Source: Candidatus Kapaibacterium sp.
Lineage (GTDB): Bacteria > Bacteroidota > Ignavibacteria > Kapaibacteriales > Kapaibacteriaceae
Reading direction: 5' to 3'
DNA length: 64,000 bases
NCBI GenBank assembly: GCA_018882895.1
Contig: VERF01000006.1
Location: 45-64,044 of the forward strand
The notes beneath the pieces were generated by a model. The model did not search any database, was not told the DNA's origin, and worked only from the letters and a program-made list of their open reading frames with translations. This document shows, piece by piece, positions 30,202-40,150 of the stretch; position 1 is the stretch's first letter; each line of letters starts with the position of its first letter. A program made the translations under genes and the position numbers.

Positions 30202-30321
30202 ATCGTAGCAGCGGTGCTAGCAACCGCAAACGATCCAACCGTCTCTGTTGAGAAGCGTGATACGTACGCTTCACGCTCACATCAACAAAGGCAATTTCGC
30301 ACCGTACGTAAGCCGATACTA

Positions 30322-30399
30322 TGACGCACGTCAGGAAGTGCGCTGATAATAGCTAGAGTAAAATCTGACAAATGTCAGTATCAAGAGTGATAAATAACA
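30322..30399. promoter_or_regulatory. Array of four TGA(C/T)-N4-(G/A)TCA-like boxes at exact 22-bp spacing (putative Crp/Fnr-family sites)
   Basis: 30322 TGACGCACGTCA; 30344 TGATAATAGCTA; 30366 TGACAAATGTCA; 30388 TGATAAATAACA. Confidence 0.65.
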
Positions 30400-30401
30400 C
30401 T

Positions 30402-31109
30402 TCAATCCCGAATGTTAGCTATGCTAACGAGCGCACGCATGTTCACGAGCTGTATCGTACGTCCATTTGTCGTGATAAGGTTTTCTGACTTGAATTCCGA
30501 CAGAGTGCGGATGACGCTTTCAGGTGCCGTTCCAACGATTGAGGCGATCTCTTCGCGAGTAAGGGGGCTTCGCAGGGTCACTCCGTCAGCGTCGAGTCCA
30601 AATGCCTCTTTGATAATGAGCAATGCTTCTGCTACACGCTCGCGAATGGGTTTGTGTGTGAGCTCCACGATCCGCTGACTGGTTGTTCGAAGCTCCTGAG
30701 AAATGTCGTGCATGACGTGCAATGCCATAGATGGATTTTCGCGCACGTTGCGAAAGAAGATCTCAGAGGGGATAAGGCAGATGGATGAATCCTGGACAGC
30801 AATGCAGCTGACATTGTACTTCTCTGCAGCCAAGAGTGTCGCGTACCCTACGATGTTTCCTGTGCCGGCGAAGCTTATGATGTGCTCTCGTCCGTCAGCC
30901 CCCATTTTGCTGATCTTGACGTGCCCCTTGTGGATGCAGTAGATGCCTCTCGGGTATTGCCCTTCGGCAAACACGTACGAGTTCCGAGTGAATAGCTGGC
31001 TGTGCTTCTGCTGCGAGATCTCTGCAACCTGGTTTGTACCCAGCTCGATGAGGCAGGTTGAGACTCTCGAACCACAGGAATTACACTCCGGCTGTTTGAA
31101 CGCATGCAT
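30402..31109 (-). CDS. Crp/Fnr-family regulator with N-terminal Cys cluster
   Basis: ECNSC...TC N-terminus; cNMP fold (VFAEG..P.GIYCI..G.VKI); HTH LTREEIASIVGTAPESVIRTLSEF. Confidence 0.92.
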   Translation of the reverse strand: MHAFKQPECNSCGSRVSTCLIELGTNQVAEISQQKHSQLFTRNSYVFAEGQYPRGIYCIHKGHVKISKMGADGREHIISFAGTGNIVGYATLLAAEKYNVSCIAVQDSSICLIPSEIFFRNVRENPSMALHVMHDISQELRTTSQRIVELTHKPIRERVAEALLIIKEAFGLDADGVTLRSPLTREEIASIVGTAPESVIRTLSEFKSENLITTNGRTIQLVNMRALVSIANIRD

Positions 31110-31244
31110 GCTGCTGCTCCTTTACTGTTCAATATGTACAAGTACAAAGGGGGTGAATGATCAACTGTGATCGAGGAAATTATGAACGCTGAGCGTGCGG
31201 TTCCGTGCTGGTGAGGGAAATGCCGAATCGATAAATAGATATGC

Positions 31245-33200
31245 TTACCGCACAATGAGGGGCATGCTGCACTCGGCAATTCTGATCATGTAGAATCCAG
31301 GGCAGAAGGATGCCGTAGGAATGTCCATTCGATCGCCGGTAACGTGGCCGGACCACACTCGTCGTCCGTCCGGCAAGAAAATTTCAAGAGTACTGCCAAT
31401 AAATGTGTCGAGTCGTGTGATCATCGCCACATCATCCGCTGGATTGGGGTTCACCATTGGACGTAGGGTTTGACTGGTTTCCTCTCCGACATTCACAGCC
31501 CCTTCTCTGATGAGCAAAGTGTCTGAGCGGCCCGAGGTGGACACGGCCACCACTGTGCACTCTATCGGGGACTCTCTTGCGGACGAACGAACGATAAGCT
31601 TGGTCCCATCACGATACCACAGCGAGTCGCGCAAGCCACTCTTCACGTACAACATCGCCAACTCAGAGCATGAGTCGGCCTGCCAGGATATCGATGATTG
31701 AACAGCGATCTGGCCTGTTGCCCCGTCAGCTGCATACGTCAGCGCGACAGTGTCCGAGCACTCCAAATGAACGTCCAAGGCAGCAACCGATCCGTAAATC
31801 TTGCCCAGCTGAAAACCATCCAACGATCCGTAGGTCCAGCATGCAAATCTCTTTCCTGAATCAGAAGCTACTTCAAACAGCCCCTCTGGAAAGGAAAAGG
31901 TCAGCGTGCTGAACTCTGTTCCCGGTATGGAGACCATTCGTGCCATTGACGTTGCACCGCGGCCGTTTACTCGAATGCGAGGAACATCAGTTGTTCGAGC
32001 GGCGATAGAAACCACATTGTACATCTCTGGCTGTGTATGGACAGAGGCGTGTGTTACCCAGCGCTCAACAGGTGGGATCACCATCAAGAGTGGCATGCCG
32101 GCGTCGGTTGTCGGATCGTCTTCGGGCAATGATGCTTGCGACGTGATCCGACCGTATGACTTGCCGTACTGTGCTGCTAAGACAGGCTTCGAGGTTTTCC
32201 AGAGAGTTCCTGTCTCAACTCTGTCGTTCGTGAACACGTGCCCCTTTTGAATGACTGTGTCGGTCTCAACCGACCCATCGCTCAGTACATGCATGATCCT
32301 CGTTGAGTCTTTAAGAGCGATCATTCGAATCACATCTCCTTGGTCATTGCTGATCCCCTGATTGCTCAGATCAAGGCCGCGTGCACGAGTCGGTGTGTAG
32401 GCCAACGGTAGCGTTACGAACTCCGTCCCTCCCATAGTCTCGGGAAGCATCGCATCATGCAGGTTACCTCTGCACCTGTTGGCCGATCGCGCATAAGGGC
32501 CGGTCTTTGGCAGCCCGTCCGGGTATGCCGGAACGGCGGCCTTTGCATGACCTGACACGACGCCTATGGGCTTGTCGGCACTGACAACAAGCCCGGTGGG
32601 ATCCGATACGTACTGACGCACAGTTGATGTGTCGATCTCCTCGCTAACAAGCCAGTGGTCGCCGGCATTCAAGAGCGAGTCTCGACGTCCGGAGAGTGTT
32701 TCGACTGATACGCGCGTTTCGTCATCTCGTGCGATGATGAGTCGCTTTGCGCTGGAATACCGCATTGTTGAACTATCCAGACCATTCCGATCTGTCCACC
32801 ATGCAAACGGTCGATAGCTGCGTCCCCAGGAGCTGCACGGCAGATGCCAAGCTTGTTCACCGTTGCCGGCAAGGTCCTGATACGAATACACTGATATCGG
32901 ACGGTTGCTGTTGACTTCAACGACATCCGTTACCGGTAGTTTTATCACAAGTGGAACACTTGGCTGAGCAACAAAGGTGCGGGTGCCGATCCTGATAACC
33001 GACTCCTGTCGGGCATGGATCACTATGCGATATGAGCTGTCGGTAAGGGGCTCCCCAGCTGCTCGGTCCGGATGAATGAACCCAACATAGAAGCGAGTAC
33101 CGGTCGTGAGCTCCGACCTCGCCGAGTCGATATTTCCGGCCAGTCCGACCGTTTGGAAGCCGAAGATCAGACTCAGAACAAAGAAGATGTTTCGAATCAC
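31245..33200 (-). CDS. IgGFc-binding-like secreted protein with T9SS CTD
   Basis: GTG 33200 plus signal peptide; GTRFYVGF, SNRPISVY, ADKPIGVVSGH, TSKPVLAAQY; C-terminal NPNPA...PGFYMIRI. Confidence 0.7.
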   Translation of the reverse strand: MIRNIFFVLSLIFGFQTVGLAGNIDSARSELTTGTRFYVGFIHPDRAAGEPLTDSSYRIVIHARQESVIRIGTRTFVAQPSVPLVIKLPVTDVVEVNSNRPISVYSYQDLAGNGEQAWHLPCSSWGRSYRPFAWWTDRNGLDSSTMRYSSAKRLIIARDDETRVSVETLSGRRDSLLNAGDHWLVSEEIDTSTVRQYVSDPTGLVVSADKPIGVVSGHAKAAVPAYPDGLPKTGPYARSANRCRGNLHDAMLPETMGGTEFVTLPLAYTPTRARGLDLSNQGISNDQGDVIRMIALKDSTRIMHVLSDGSVETDTVIQKGHVFTNDRVETGTLWKTSKPVLAAQYGKSYGRITSQASLPEDDPTTDAGMPLLMVIPPVERWVTHASVHTQPEMYNVVSIAARTTDVPRIRVNGRGATSMARMVSIPGTEFSTLTFSFPEGLFEVASDSGKRFACWTYGSLDGFQLGKIYGSVAALDVHLECSDTVALTYAADGATGQIAVQSSISWQADSCSELAMLYVKSGLRDSLWYRDGTKLIVRSSARESPIECTVVAVSTSGRSDTLLIREGAVNVGEETSQTLRPMVNPNPADDVAMITRLDTFIGSTLEIFLPDGRRVWSGHVTGDRMDIPTASFCPGFYMIRIAECSMPLIVR

Positions 33201-33299
33201 CCCATCCCCCCTTAAGGCAACACGCAATTATACGTAATCTTCCGACCTAGGTAGATTGTGCCAAATGGACGAGTTTCACAGTCTAACCTCAAGTAACCC

Positions 33300-34544
33300 T
33301 TGAACCTACCATTTGTTACAGCGGAGTTCCTTGCATTTCTGCAGCTTCGGTTCTTTATGGCCGTGGCTTGGCATATGCAGGCGCTGGTCGTAAGCTGGTA
33401 CGTATATGACTTGACGCGTGATCCGCTCTGGCTGGCGCTTGTCGGACTTGCCGAGGCCATACCGGCGATCGGGATGGCCATGCCAATGGGATACGTGGTC
33501 GACCGGCTCGATAAGAGACGGGGGATCCGAGTTGCAGTACTCATGTTCTTGGCCTCCGCCCTTGGTACTGCCACGCTGCTTCAACCCACCACCCTGCAGA
33601 CGATCGGCATAGGGGCGGTGCTCAACGGCCTGCTGGCGATGATCGTCATCAATGGGGCGGGGCGAATCGTTTACAGCCCGTCGATGTTCAGCTCCCTTGG
33701 CCGAATCGTTGAGCGTGAGCACATTCCGCGTGCATCGGCATTCAACAGTGCCGTCTGGCAGGCTGCCATGGTCACGGGACCGGTGGTAGGGGGCTTGCTG
33801 TACGGATTCTACGGTATAGAGGTGGCTTCGATGACGATCCTCGGTCTGATGGCCATTGGCGGAATCGGGGCACTTCGTATCACCCCAAAGCCCCCTGTCA
33901 AACATGAAAGTCAGGGCTCCATGCGTGAGGACCTTACCCTGGGGATTCGGTTCATCTTTTCCCGGCCGGTCATCCTTGGGGCCTTGTCGCTCGACCTTTT
34001 TGCGGTGCTCTTCGGAGGTGTCGTTGCGCTTCTGCCGGTGTTTGCCAAGGACATCCTCAAGACCGACGAGGCCGGCCTGGGGCTGCTGCGGGCGGCTATG
34101 GGGCTTGGCAGTATCATCACGATGGTGCTGGTGGCCTGGCGGCCGATAGGTCGCAATGCCGGACGTCGGCTGTTATGGTCAGTTGCCGGCTTCGGCATCA
34201 GCATCCTCTGCTTTGCTGTCAGCACCTCCTTTTGGCTCAGTATGGCCCTGTTGGTGCTGGCCGGAGGATTTGATGCCGTGAGCGTGGTCATTCGGCACAC
34301 TATCCTGCAGCTGCAGACCCCTGAGGAGATGAAGGGGCGGGTGGCCGCGGCAAACACAATGTTCATCTCCAGCTCCAACGAGCTCGGAGCCGTCGAAAGC
34401 GGCATCGCTGCTCGTCTGTTCGGTACCGTCCCGAGCGTCCTTATCGGCGGCACCGTAACACTGGCCGTGGTTGCCGTTGTTGCCATAACGAACAAAGCAC
34501 TACGCCATGCCACGATCCACTCCGAACCAGACAGGCACCAGTAA
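33300..34544 (+). CDS. MFS transporter (EntS/DUF894-like)
   Basis: TTG start; ~12 hydrophobic segments; GYVVDRLDKR, LDLFAVLFGG, TPEEMKGRV, SSNELGA.ESG. Confidence 0.9.
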   Translation: MNLPFVTAEFLAFLQLRFFMAVAWHMQALVVSWYVYDLTRDPLWLALVGLAEAIPAIGMAMPMGYVVDRLDKRRGIRVAVLMFLASALGTATLLQPTTLQTIGIGAVLNGLLAMIVINGAGRIVYSPSMFSSLGRIVEREHIPRASAFNSAVWQAAMVTGPVVGGLLYGFYGIEVASMTILGLMAIGGIGALRITPKPPVKHESQGSMREDLTLGIRFIFSRPVILGALSLDLFAVLFGGVVALLPVFAKDILKTDEAGLGLLRAAMGLGSIITMVLVAWRPIGRNAGRRLLWSVAGFGISILCFAVSTSFWLSMALLVLAGGFDAVSVVIRHTILQLQTPEEMKGRVAAANTMFISSSNELGAVESGIAARLFGTVPSVLIGGTVTLAVVAVVAITNKALRHATIHSEPDRHQ

Positions 34545-34612
34545 CTAGTAACTAGTAACTAGTAACTAGTAACTAGTAACTAGTATCGAGTAGTTGTTAG
34601 TACCTAGTACCT
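34540..34612. repeat. Heptamer tandem repeat (AGTAACT)x6 with degenerate continuation
   Basis: Six perfect units 34540-34581, then AGTATCG, AGTAGTT and (AGTACCT)x2 to 34612. Confidence 0.95.
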
Positions 34613-34619
34613 GGCTTTC

Positions 34620-34631
34620 TTCGTAGCTTTG
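34620..34631 (+). promoter_or_regulatory. -7 promoter element of the upstream EF-G gene
   Basis: TTCGTAGCTTTG (TAnnTTTG), identical to 40011-40022 before tuf. Confidence 0.65.
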
Positions 34632-34720
34632 CGGTCTTTGCCGCGCTGCACCTCGCCTTTGGGGGAAATGCTTTGCAGCATCAACGGGTAACTACAAACA
34701 CACAACATCGGTACACTGCA

Positions 34721-36814
34721 ATGGCAGATTTGTCGAAAGTTCGCAACATTGGTATCTCGGCGCACATTGACTCCGGGAAGACCACGCTCTCTGAGCGCAT
34801 TCTTTTTTACACGGGCAAGATTCACGCGATCCACGAAGTCCGCGGTAAGGACGGCGTTGGCGCCAAGATGGATTCGATGGACCTTGAACGCGAAAAGGGC
34901 ATTACGATCCAGTCGGCCGCCACGTACTGTACGTGGGGTGATTACAACATCAATCTGATCGACACCCCGGGCCACGTCGACTTCACGGTCGAGGTTGAGC
35001 GCGCGCTTCGAGTTCTCGACGGCGCCGTTCTCGTGCTGTGCTCGGTGGCTGGCGTGCAGTCGCAGTCGATCACGGTAGACCGCCAGATGCGCCGCTATAG
35101 CGTGCCTCGCGTTGCTTTCATCAACAAGTGTGACCGTTCGGGTGCGAACCCTGACCGTGTGGCAGCACAGCTTCAGGAGAAGCTTGCGCACACACCGGCA
35201 TTTGTGACCTATCCGATCGGACTTGAGGACAAGCTTGAGGGTGTCATCGACCTTGTGAACATGCAGGCCCAGTACTTCGACGGTGAAGGGGGCAGCGATG
35301 TGCGCAAAGCAGAGATCCCGGCCGATATGGTTGCCAAGGCCAATGAGCTGCGGCACAAGCTCATCGAGACGGCCGCCGATTTCGACGACGAACTCATGGA
35401 GAAGTTCCTTGGTGATGAGCCTGTGGGAGCCGACGAGCTTGCACGTGCTATTCGCAAGGGTACGCTATCGATGAAGATGACGCCGGTCTTCTGCGGCTCG
35501 GCATACAAGAACAAGGGCGTACAAACGCTGCTTGACGGTGTGGCGACGTTCCTTCCTTCGCCAACGGACATCAAGAACGAAGCACTTGATCAGGACAACA
35601 ATGAGCAGAAGATTGTCCTCGAGAGCGAGGGATCAAAGCCCCTTGTCATGCTTGCATTCAAGCTTGAGGACGGCCGCTACGGTCAGCTCACCTACATGCG
35701 CATCTACCAGGGTACGATCAAGAAGGGCGATTCGATCATCAACATTGCCAATGGCAAGAAGGTCAAGGTCCCGCGTCTGGTCCGCATGCACTCAAACGAC
35801 ATGCACGAGATCGAGGAAGCATCGGCTGGTGACATCGTGGCGATGTTCGGTGTTGACTGTGCTTCCGGTGACACGTTCACCGATGGAAACGTGCGCTACA
35901 CCATGACGTCGATGTTCGTTCCCGAGCCGGTGATCGAGCTTGCCGTTGCCCCGAAGGACAAGGCAGGTCAGGTGAACTTCTCCAAGGCTCTGAACCGCTT
36001 CACCAAGGAGGATCCGACCTTCCGCGTGATGCGCGACGAAGAGTCCGGCGAGACCATCATCAAGGGCATGGGCGAGTTGCACCTTGACATTTACATCGAG
36101 CGAATCAAGCGTGAGTACAACACCGAAGTGATCGTCGGACGTCCGAAGGTTGCCTTCCGTGAGACCATCACGCAGCGTGCGGAATTCAACTACACGCACA
36201 AGAAGCAGACGGGTGGTTCGGGTCAGTTCGGACGCGTTGGCGGCTACATTGAGCCCCTTCCGCCGGATGCCATCGAGAACTACGAATTCGTTGACGACAT
36301 CGTTGGCGGCGTCATCCCACGCGAATACGTTCCTGCGTGCGATAAGGGCTTCCGCGAGTCAATCACCGAAGGATCGCTCATTGGTCAGCCGGTTGTGCGC
36401 GTACGTGTGACGATCAACGACGGTGCTACGCACCCTGTGGACTCATCGGAAATGGCATTCAAGACGGCCGCGATCATGGCCTTCCGTGAAGCATATCCGG
36501 CAGCGAAGCCGACGATTCTCGAGCCGATCATGAAGCTTGAAGTGTCCGCACCTGAGGAGTTCCAAGGAACGGTGATCGGTCAGATCAACCAGCGCCGCGG
36601 CGTGATCATGGGTACGGATTCTGATGTTGGATACGTGACCATCGATTCTGAAGTGCCGCTGTCGGAAATGTTCGGTTACTCAACGGATCTGCGCTCGGTC
36701 ACCCAGGGTAAGGGAGAGTTCTCAATGGAATTCAAGAAGTACCAGCCCGTTCCGCGGAACATCCAGGAAGAAATGGTCAAGGAGCACCAGAAGAAGCGCG
36801 CCGAAGGCAAGTAA
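34721..36814 (+). CDS. fusA: Elongation factor G, spdEFG1/mitochondrial EFG1-like
   Basis: [59 protein letters not shown]; intact domain [12 protein letters not shown] and [10 protein letters not shown]. Confidence 0.95.
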   Translation: MADLSKVRNIGISAHIDSGKTTLSERILFYTGKIHAIHEVRGKDGVGAKMDSMDLEREKGITIQSAATYCTWGDYNINLIDTPGHVDFTVEVERALRVLDGAVLVLCSVAGVQSQSITVDRQMRRYSVPRVAFINKCDRSGANPDRVAAQLQEKLAHTPAFVTYPIGLEDKLEGVIDLVNMQAQYFDGEGGSDVRKAEIPADMVAKANELRHKLIETAADFDDELMEKFLGDEPVGADELARAIRKGTLSMKMTPVFCGSAYKNKGVQTLLDGVATFLPSPTDIKNEALDQDNNEQKIVLESEGSKPLVMLAFKLEDGRYGQLTYMRIYQGTIKKGDSIINIANGKKVKVPRLVRMHSNDMHEIEEASAGDIVAMFGVDCASGDTFTDGNVRYTMTSMFVPEPVIELAVAPKDKAGQVNFSKALNRFTKEDPTFRVMRDEESGETIIKGMGELHLDIYIERIKREYNTEVIVGRPKVAFRETITQRAEFNYTHKKQTGGSGQFGRVGGYIEPLPPDAIENYEFVDDIVGGVIPREYVPACDKGFRESITEGSLIGQPVVRVRVTINDGATHPVDSSEMAFKTAAIMAFREAYPAAKPTILEPIMKLEVSAPEEFQGTVIGQINQRRGVIMGTDSDVGYVTIDSEVPLSEMFGYSTDLRSVTQGKGEFSMEFKKYQPVPRNIQEEMVKEHQKKRAEGK

Positions 36815-36823
36815 GCGCCCATT

Positions 36824-36855
36824 TTTGGTATTTCCACACGAACCTCATAGTTTTG
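36824..36855 (+). promoter_or_regulatory. Bacteroidota-type promoter of the str operon
   Basis: TTTG (36824-36827) - 20 nt - TAGTTTTG (36848-36855). Confidence 0.7.
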
Positions 36856-36934
36856 CCGGCTCTGCTGGCGCGTGGGTCCTCCCGGCGTCAGTAAGAGTCC
36901 GATTCTCGAACCCTCATTTATCGGCACACAACCA

Positions 36935-37339
36935 ATGCCAACGATCAGTCAGTTAGTCCGTAAAGGACGCCTCGCCATTACGGAGAAGAGCAAGTCTCCG
37001 GCCCTTCAGTCGTGCCCTCAGAAGCGCGGCGTGTGCACACGCGTGTACACCACAACACCGAAGAAGCCGAACTCAGCGCTCCGTAAGGTTGCCCGTGTAC
37101 GTCTTTCCAACGGCATCGAGGTGACGGCCTACATTCCGGGTGAAGGTCACAACCTCCAGGAACATTCGATCGTGCTCATCCGCGGTGGCCGTGTGAAGGA
37201 TCTTCCGGGTGTTCGCTACCACATCATCCGTGGTTCAGCTGACACGCAGGGAGTTGCCAATCGTAAACAAGCTCGTTCCAAGTATGGCGCCAAGAAGCCG
37301 AAGGCTGGACAAGCCGCGGCACCGGCCAAGAAGAAGTAA
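36935..37339 (+). CDS. rpsL: 30S ribosomal protein S12
   Basis: [12 protein letters not shown]...[11 protein letters not shown]...[10 protein letters not shown]. Confidence 0.99.
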   Translation: MPTISQLVRKGRLAITEKSKSPALQSCPQKRGVCTRVYTTTPKKPNSALRKVARVRLSNGIEVTAYIPGEGHNLQEHSIVLIRGGRVKDLPGVRYHIIRGSADTQGVANRKQARSKYGAKKPKAGQAAAPAKKK

Positions 37340-37348
37340 GGAGAAAAC

Positions 37349-37816
37349 ATGCGTAAAAAGCGTGCAGAAAAGCGCCGGACGATGCCGGACCCGCGTTTCA
37401 ACGACGTGATGGTCGCCAAGTTCGTCAACAACATCATGATCCAGGGCAAGAAGAACGTTGCCCGTCAGATCGTGTATCAAGCACTGGATATCGTTGGCAA
37501 GAAGACCGAGCAGGACCCGATCGAGGTGTTCCGCAAGGCTCTTGTTAATGCTTCGCCGGCCATTGAGATCCGTCCACGCCGCGTTGGTGGTGCCACGTAT
37601 CAGGTCCCCATGGAAGTCCGTGAGGAACGTCGTGCAGCACTTGCCATCAGGTGGATCAAGAAGTACGCATCAGAGCGTCGTGACCGTTCGATGGCCTCGA
37701 AGCTTGCCAGCGAGCTGCTCGCAGCCGCCAACGGTGAAGGGGGCGCAATCAAGCGTCGCGACGAAATGCACCGGATGGCTGATGCCAACCGTGCATTTGC
37801 ACACTTCCGCTGGTAA
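37349..37816 (+). CDS. rpsG: 30S ribosomal protein S7
   Basis: RRVGGATYQVP...HRMADANRAFAHFRW. Confidence 0.99.
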   Translation: MRKKRAEKRRTMPDPRFNDVMVAKFVNNIMIQGKKNVARQIVYQALDIVGKKTEQDPIEVFRKALVNASPAIEIRPRRVGGATYQVPMEVREERRAALAIRWIKKYASERRDRSMASKLASELLAAANGEGGAIKRRDEMHRMADANRAFAHFRW

Positions 37817-37860
37817 GGGGCAACCCCGTTCTTTGACACACTAAGTTTATTTACGACAGC

Positions 37861-39909
37861 ATGACGCGGCCTGTCTCCATCGGTCTTGTTCGAAACATCG
37901 GCATCATGGCACACATTGATGCGGGTAAGACCACCACGACGGAGCGGATCCTCTACTACACTGGGGTTCTGCACCGCATGGGCGAAGTTCACGAGGGTAC
38001 GGCCTTCACGGACTACATGGAGCAGGAAAAAGAGCGTGGTATCACCATCACCTCCGCCGCCGTGTCATGCACCTGGAATGGTCACACGATCAACATCATT
38101 GACACTCCGGGACACGTCGATTTCACCGCAGAGGTTCAGCGTTCACTTCGCGTTCTCGATGGAGCGATCGCTTTATTCTGCGCCGTAGCGGGCGTGGAGC
38201 CACAGTCAGAAACGGTCTGGCATCAGGCCAATCAGTATCGTGTTCCGCGTATCGCATTCGTTAACAAGATGGACCGGATAGGCGCAAACTTCCCCAGGGT
38301 TCTGGAGATGATGCGTGCCCGACTCGGAGCCAATTCTGTGGCGCTTCAAGTGCCGATGGGAGCCGAAGACACCTTCCGGGGAGTCATCGATCTTATCGAC
38401 AGGGTGGCAATCGTTTTTGAAGATGATGACGATGAGCAGTTCACCATCGGTCCCATTCCGGAAGAGTTTCGCCAGCAGGCCGACGAGGCGCGATCCTTGC
38501 TCGTTGAGGCTGTGGCAGAACAACGGGACGATTTGCTGGAGAGATATCTCTCGGGCGATGAGATCGAGCCCGATGAACTTCGACAGGCAATTCGACAGGC
38601 CACACTTGAACTGAAGATCACCCCAGTGCTGTGTGGGAGTTCATTCAAGAACAAGGGCGTTCAGCAGCTTCTTGATTCGGTTATTGCCTTTCTTCCTTCA
38701 CCGGAGGAAGTCGGCGTCACCAACGGGCACAACGTGGCCGATCCTGAGAAGATTGAGCAACGCAAGCCCCTTGACACAGAGCCCTTTTCGGCACTTGCCT
38801 TCAAGATCATCACAGACCCATTTGTAGGCAGGCTGACATTCATCAGGATATACTCCGGATGCATCAAGGCAGGCGAACAGGTCTTCAACGTATCAAATGA
38901 TAAGAAGGAGCGCGCTGGCAAGATCTTGCGAATGAGTGCCAACAAGCGCGAAGAGTTGGAGGGGGCATTTGCTGGAGACATCGTCGCAATCCCATCCATG
39001 CGCTTTACTCGTACGGGCGACACGCTGTGCGATCCCAAGCACCCTATCCTTTTGGAAAGCATCCAGTTCTCGGATCCGGTCATCAACCAGGCGGTTGAGG
39101 CGCGGACCCTTGCAGATCAGGACAAACTGACGGAATCCTTACATCGGCTCTCTGAAGAAGATCCGACGTTTCGATTTCACACGGATGCAGAGTCCGGACA
39201 GACAATCATTTCCGGCGTTGGTGAGCTCCACTTGGAGATCATCGTCGACCGGCTTAAACGAGAATTCAACGTCCCCGTTAAAGTGGGGAAACCTCAGGTC
39301 GCCTACCGTGAGTCTATCACTGGCACGACGCGTGCGGAGGGCAAGTTCATCCGCAGCAACGCCGGTAAGAATCAGTTTGGTCAGGTCACAATTGAGGTAC
39401 GACCGAATGACCCAGGAAAAGGTCTCGAGTTCTTCAACGAACTCGCACCAGAGACACTTCCGGAGTTATACGTCAAGAGTGCAGAGAAGGGCGCATTAGA
39501 GGCCCTTAAGGTCGGTCCCATCTCAGGATACCCCATGATTGATGTCATGGCCGTCCTTGTAGATGCGGCATACAATGAAGATGACGCAACGGAAACGGCT
39601 TATGCCGTTGCCAGCTCGATCGCAGTGAAGGACGCTTCCAGAACGGCGAGTCCCGTCGTTATGGAGCCGGTCTTCCTCGTCGAGGTTGTCACGCCCGAGG
39701 AGTATGTGGGCGAGGTCATCGCAGACCTCAGCTCGCGAAGCGGAATGGTGCAGGGAATTTCCCAGCGCGATATTCTGCAAGTTGTGACGGCTTTGGTGCC
39801 GCTGTCCCAACTATTCGGCTACGTGACACAGTTGCGATCGCTCTCGCAGGGGCGTGCATCGTACACCATGCAGTTTCATGGTTACGAGCAAGCTCTGCGC
39901 CGTTCGTAG
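37861..39909 (+). CDS. fusA: Elongation factor G of the str operon, divergent in domain IV (spdEFG2-like)
   Basis: [37 protein letters not shown] intact; domain IV loops read [10 protein letters not shown] and [12 protein letters not shown]. Confidence 0.92.
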   Translation: MTRPVSIGLVRNIGIMAHIDAGKTTTTERILYYTGVLHRMGEVHEGTAFTDYMEQEKERGITITSAAVSCTWNGHTINIIDTPGHVDFTAEVQRSLRVLDGAIALFCAVAGVEPQSETVWHQANQYRVPRIAFVNKMDRIGANFPRVLEMMRARLGANSVALQVPMGAEDTFRGVIDLIDRVAIVFEDDDDEQFTIGPIPEEFRQQADEARSLLVEAVAEQRDDLLERYLSGDEIEPDELRQAIRQATLELKITPVLCGSSFKNKGVQQLLDSVIAFLPSPEEVGVTNGHNVADPEKIEQRKPLDTEPFSALAFKIITDPFVGRLTFIRIYSGCIKAGEQVFNVSNDKKERAGKILRMSANKREELEGAFAGDIVAIPSMRFTRTGDTLCDPKHPILLESIQFSDPVINQAVEARTLADQDKLTESLHRLSEEDPTFRFHTDAESGQTIISGVGELHLEIIVDRLKREFNVPVKVGKPQVAYRESITGTTRAEGKFIRSNAGKNQFGQVTIEVRPNDPGKGLEFFNELAPETLPELYVKSAEKGALEALKVGPISGYPMIDVMAVLVDAAYNEDDATETAYAVASSIAVKDASRTASPVVMEPVFLVEVVTPEEYVGEVIADLSSRSGMVQGISQRDILQVVTALVPLSQLFGYVTQLRSLSQGRASYTMQFHGYEQALRRS

Positions 39910-39949
39910 TTAAACGAACGGACACGCGACAGTGCGCGCAGCGCGCCCG

Positions 39950-39970
39950 CCAAAAAGTTTAACTTTTTGG
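39950..39970. promoter_or_regulatory. Perfect 21-bp inverted repeat upstream of the tuf promoter
   Basis: CCAAAAAGTT-T-AACTTTTTGG. Confidence 0.45.
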
Positions 39971-39988
39971 TGTCGGGAAGGGCTGTGC

Positions 39989-40022
39989 TTTGCATTTACG
40001 TCGAAACTTTTTCGTAGCTTTG
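39989..40022 (+). promoter_or_regulatory. Dedicated tuf promoter
   Basis: TTTG (39989-39992) - 22 nt - TAGCTTTG (40015-40022). Confidence 0.6.
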
Positions 40023-40150
40023 TTTTCTGTCCCGAAAGCAACGTCCCAACCGAACGGGGTCGGAACAGACAACAGAACTCGACGACAGCAACACAGACAA
40101 CAATCGTTTTTCTTCACACCTCAATCAAAGCTTTCTGAGGAGTAGGCACA

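Noticed and set aside
34540-34585. TrpR-operator-like ACTAGT palindromes
   Set aside because: A by-product of the heptamer repeat; no trp genes or trpR are nearby.
39910-40150. tRNA genes before tuf
   Set aside because: No cloverleaf or GTTCGA T-arm signature found.
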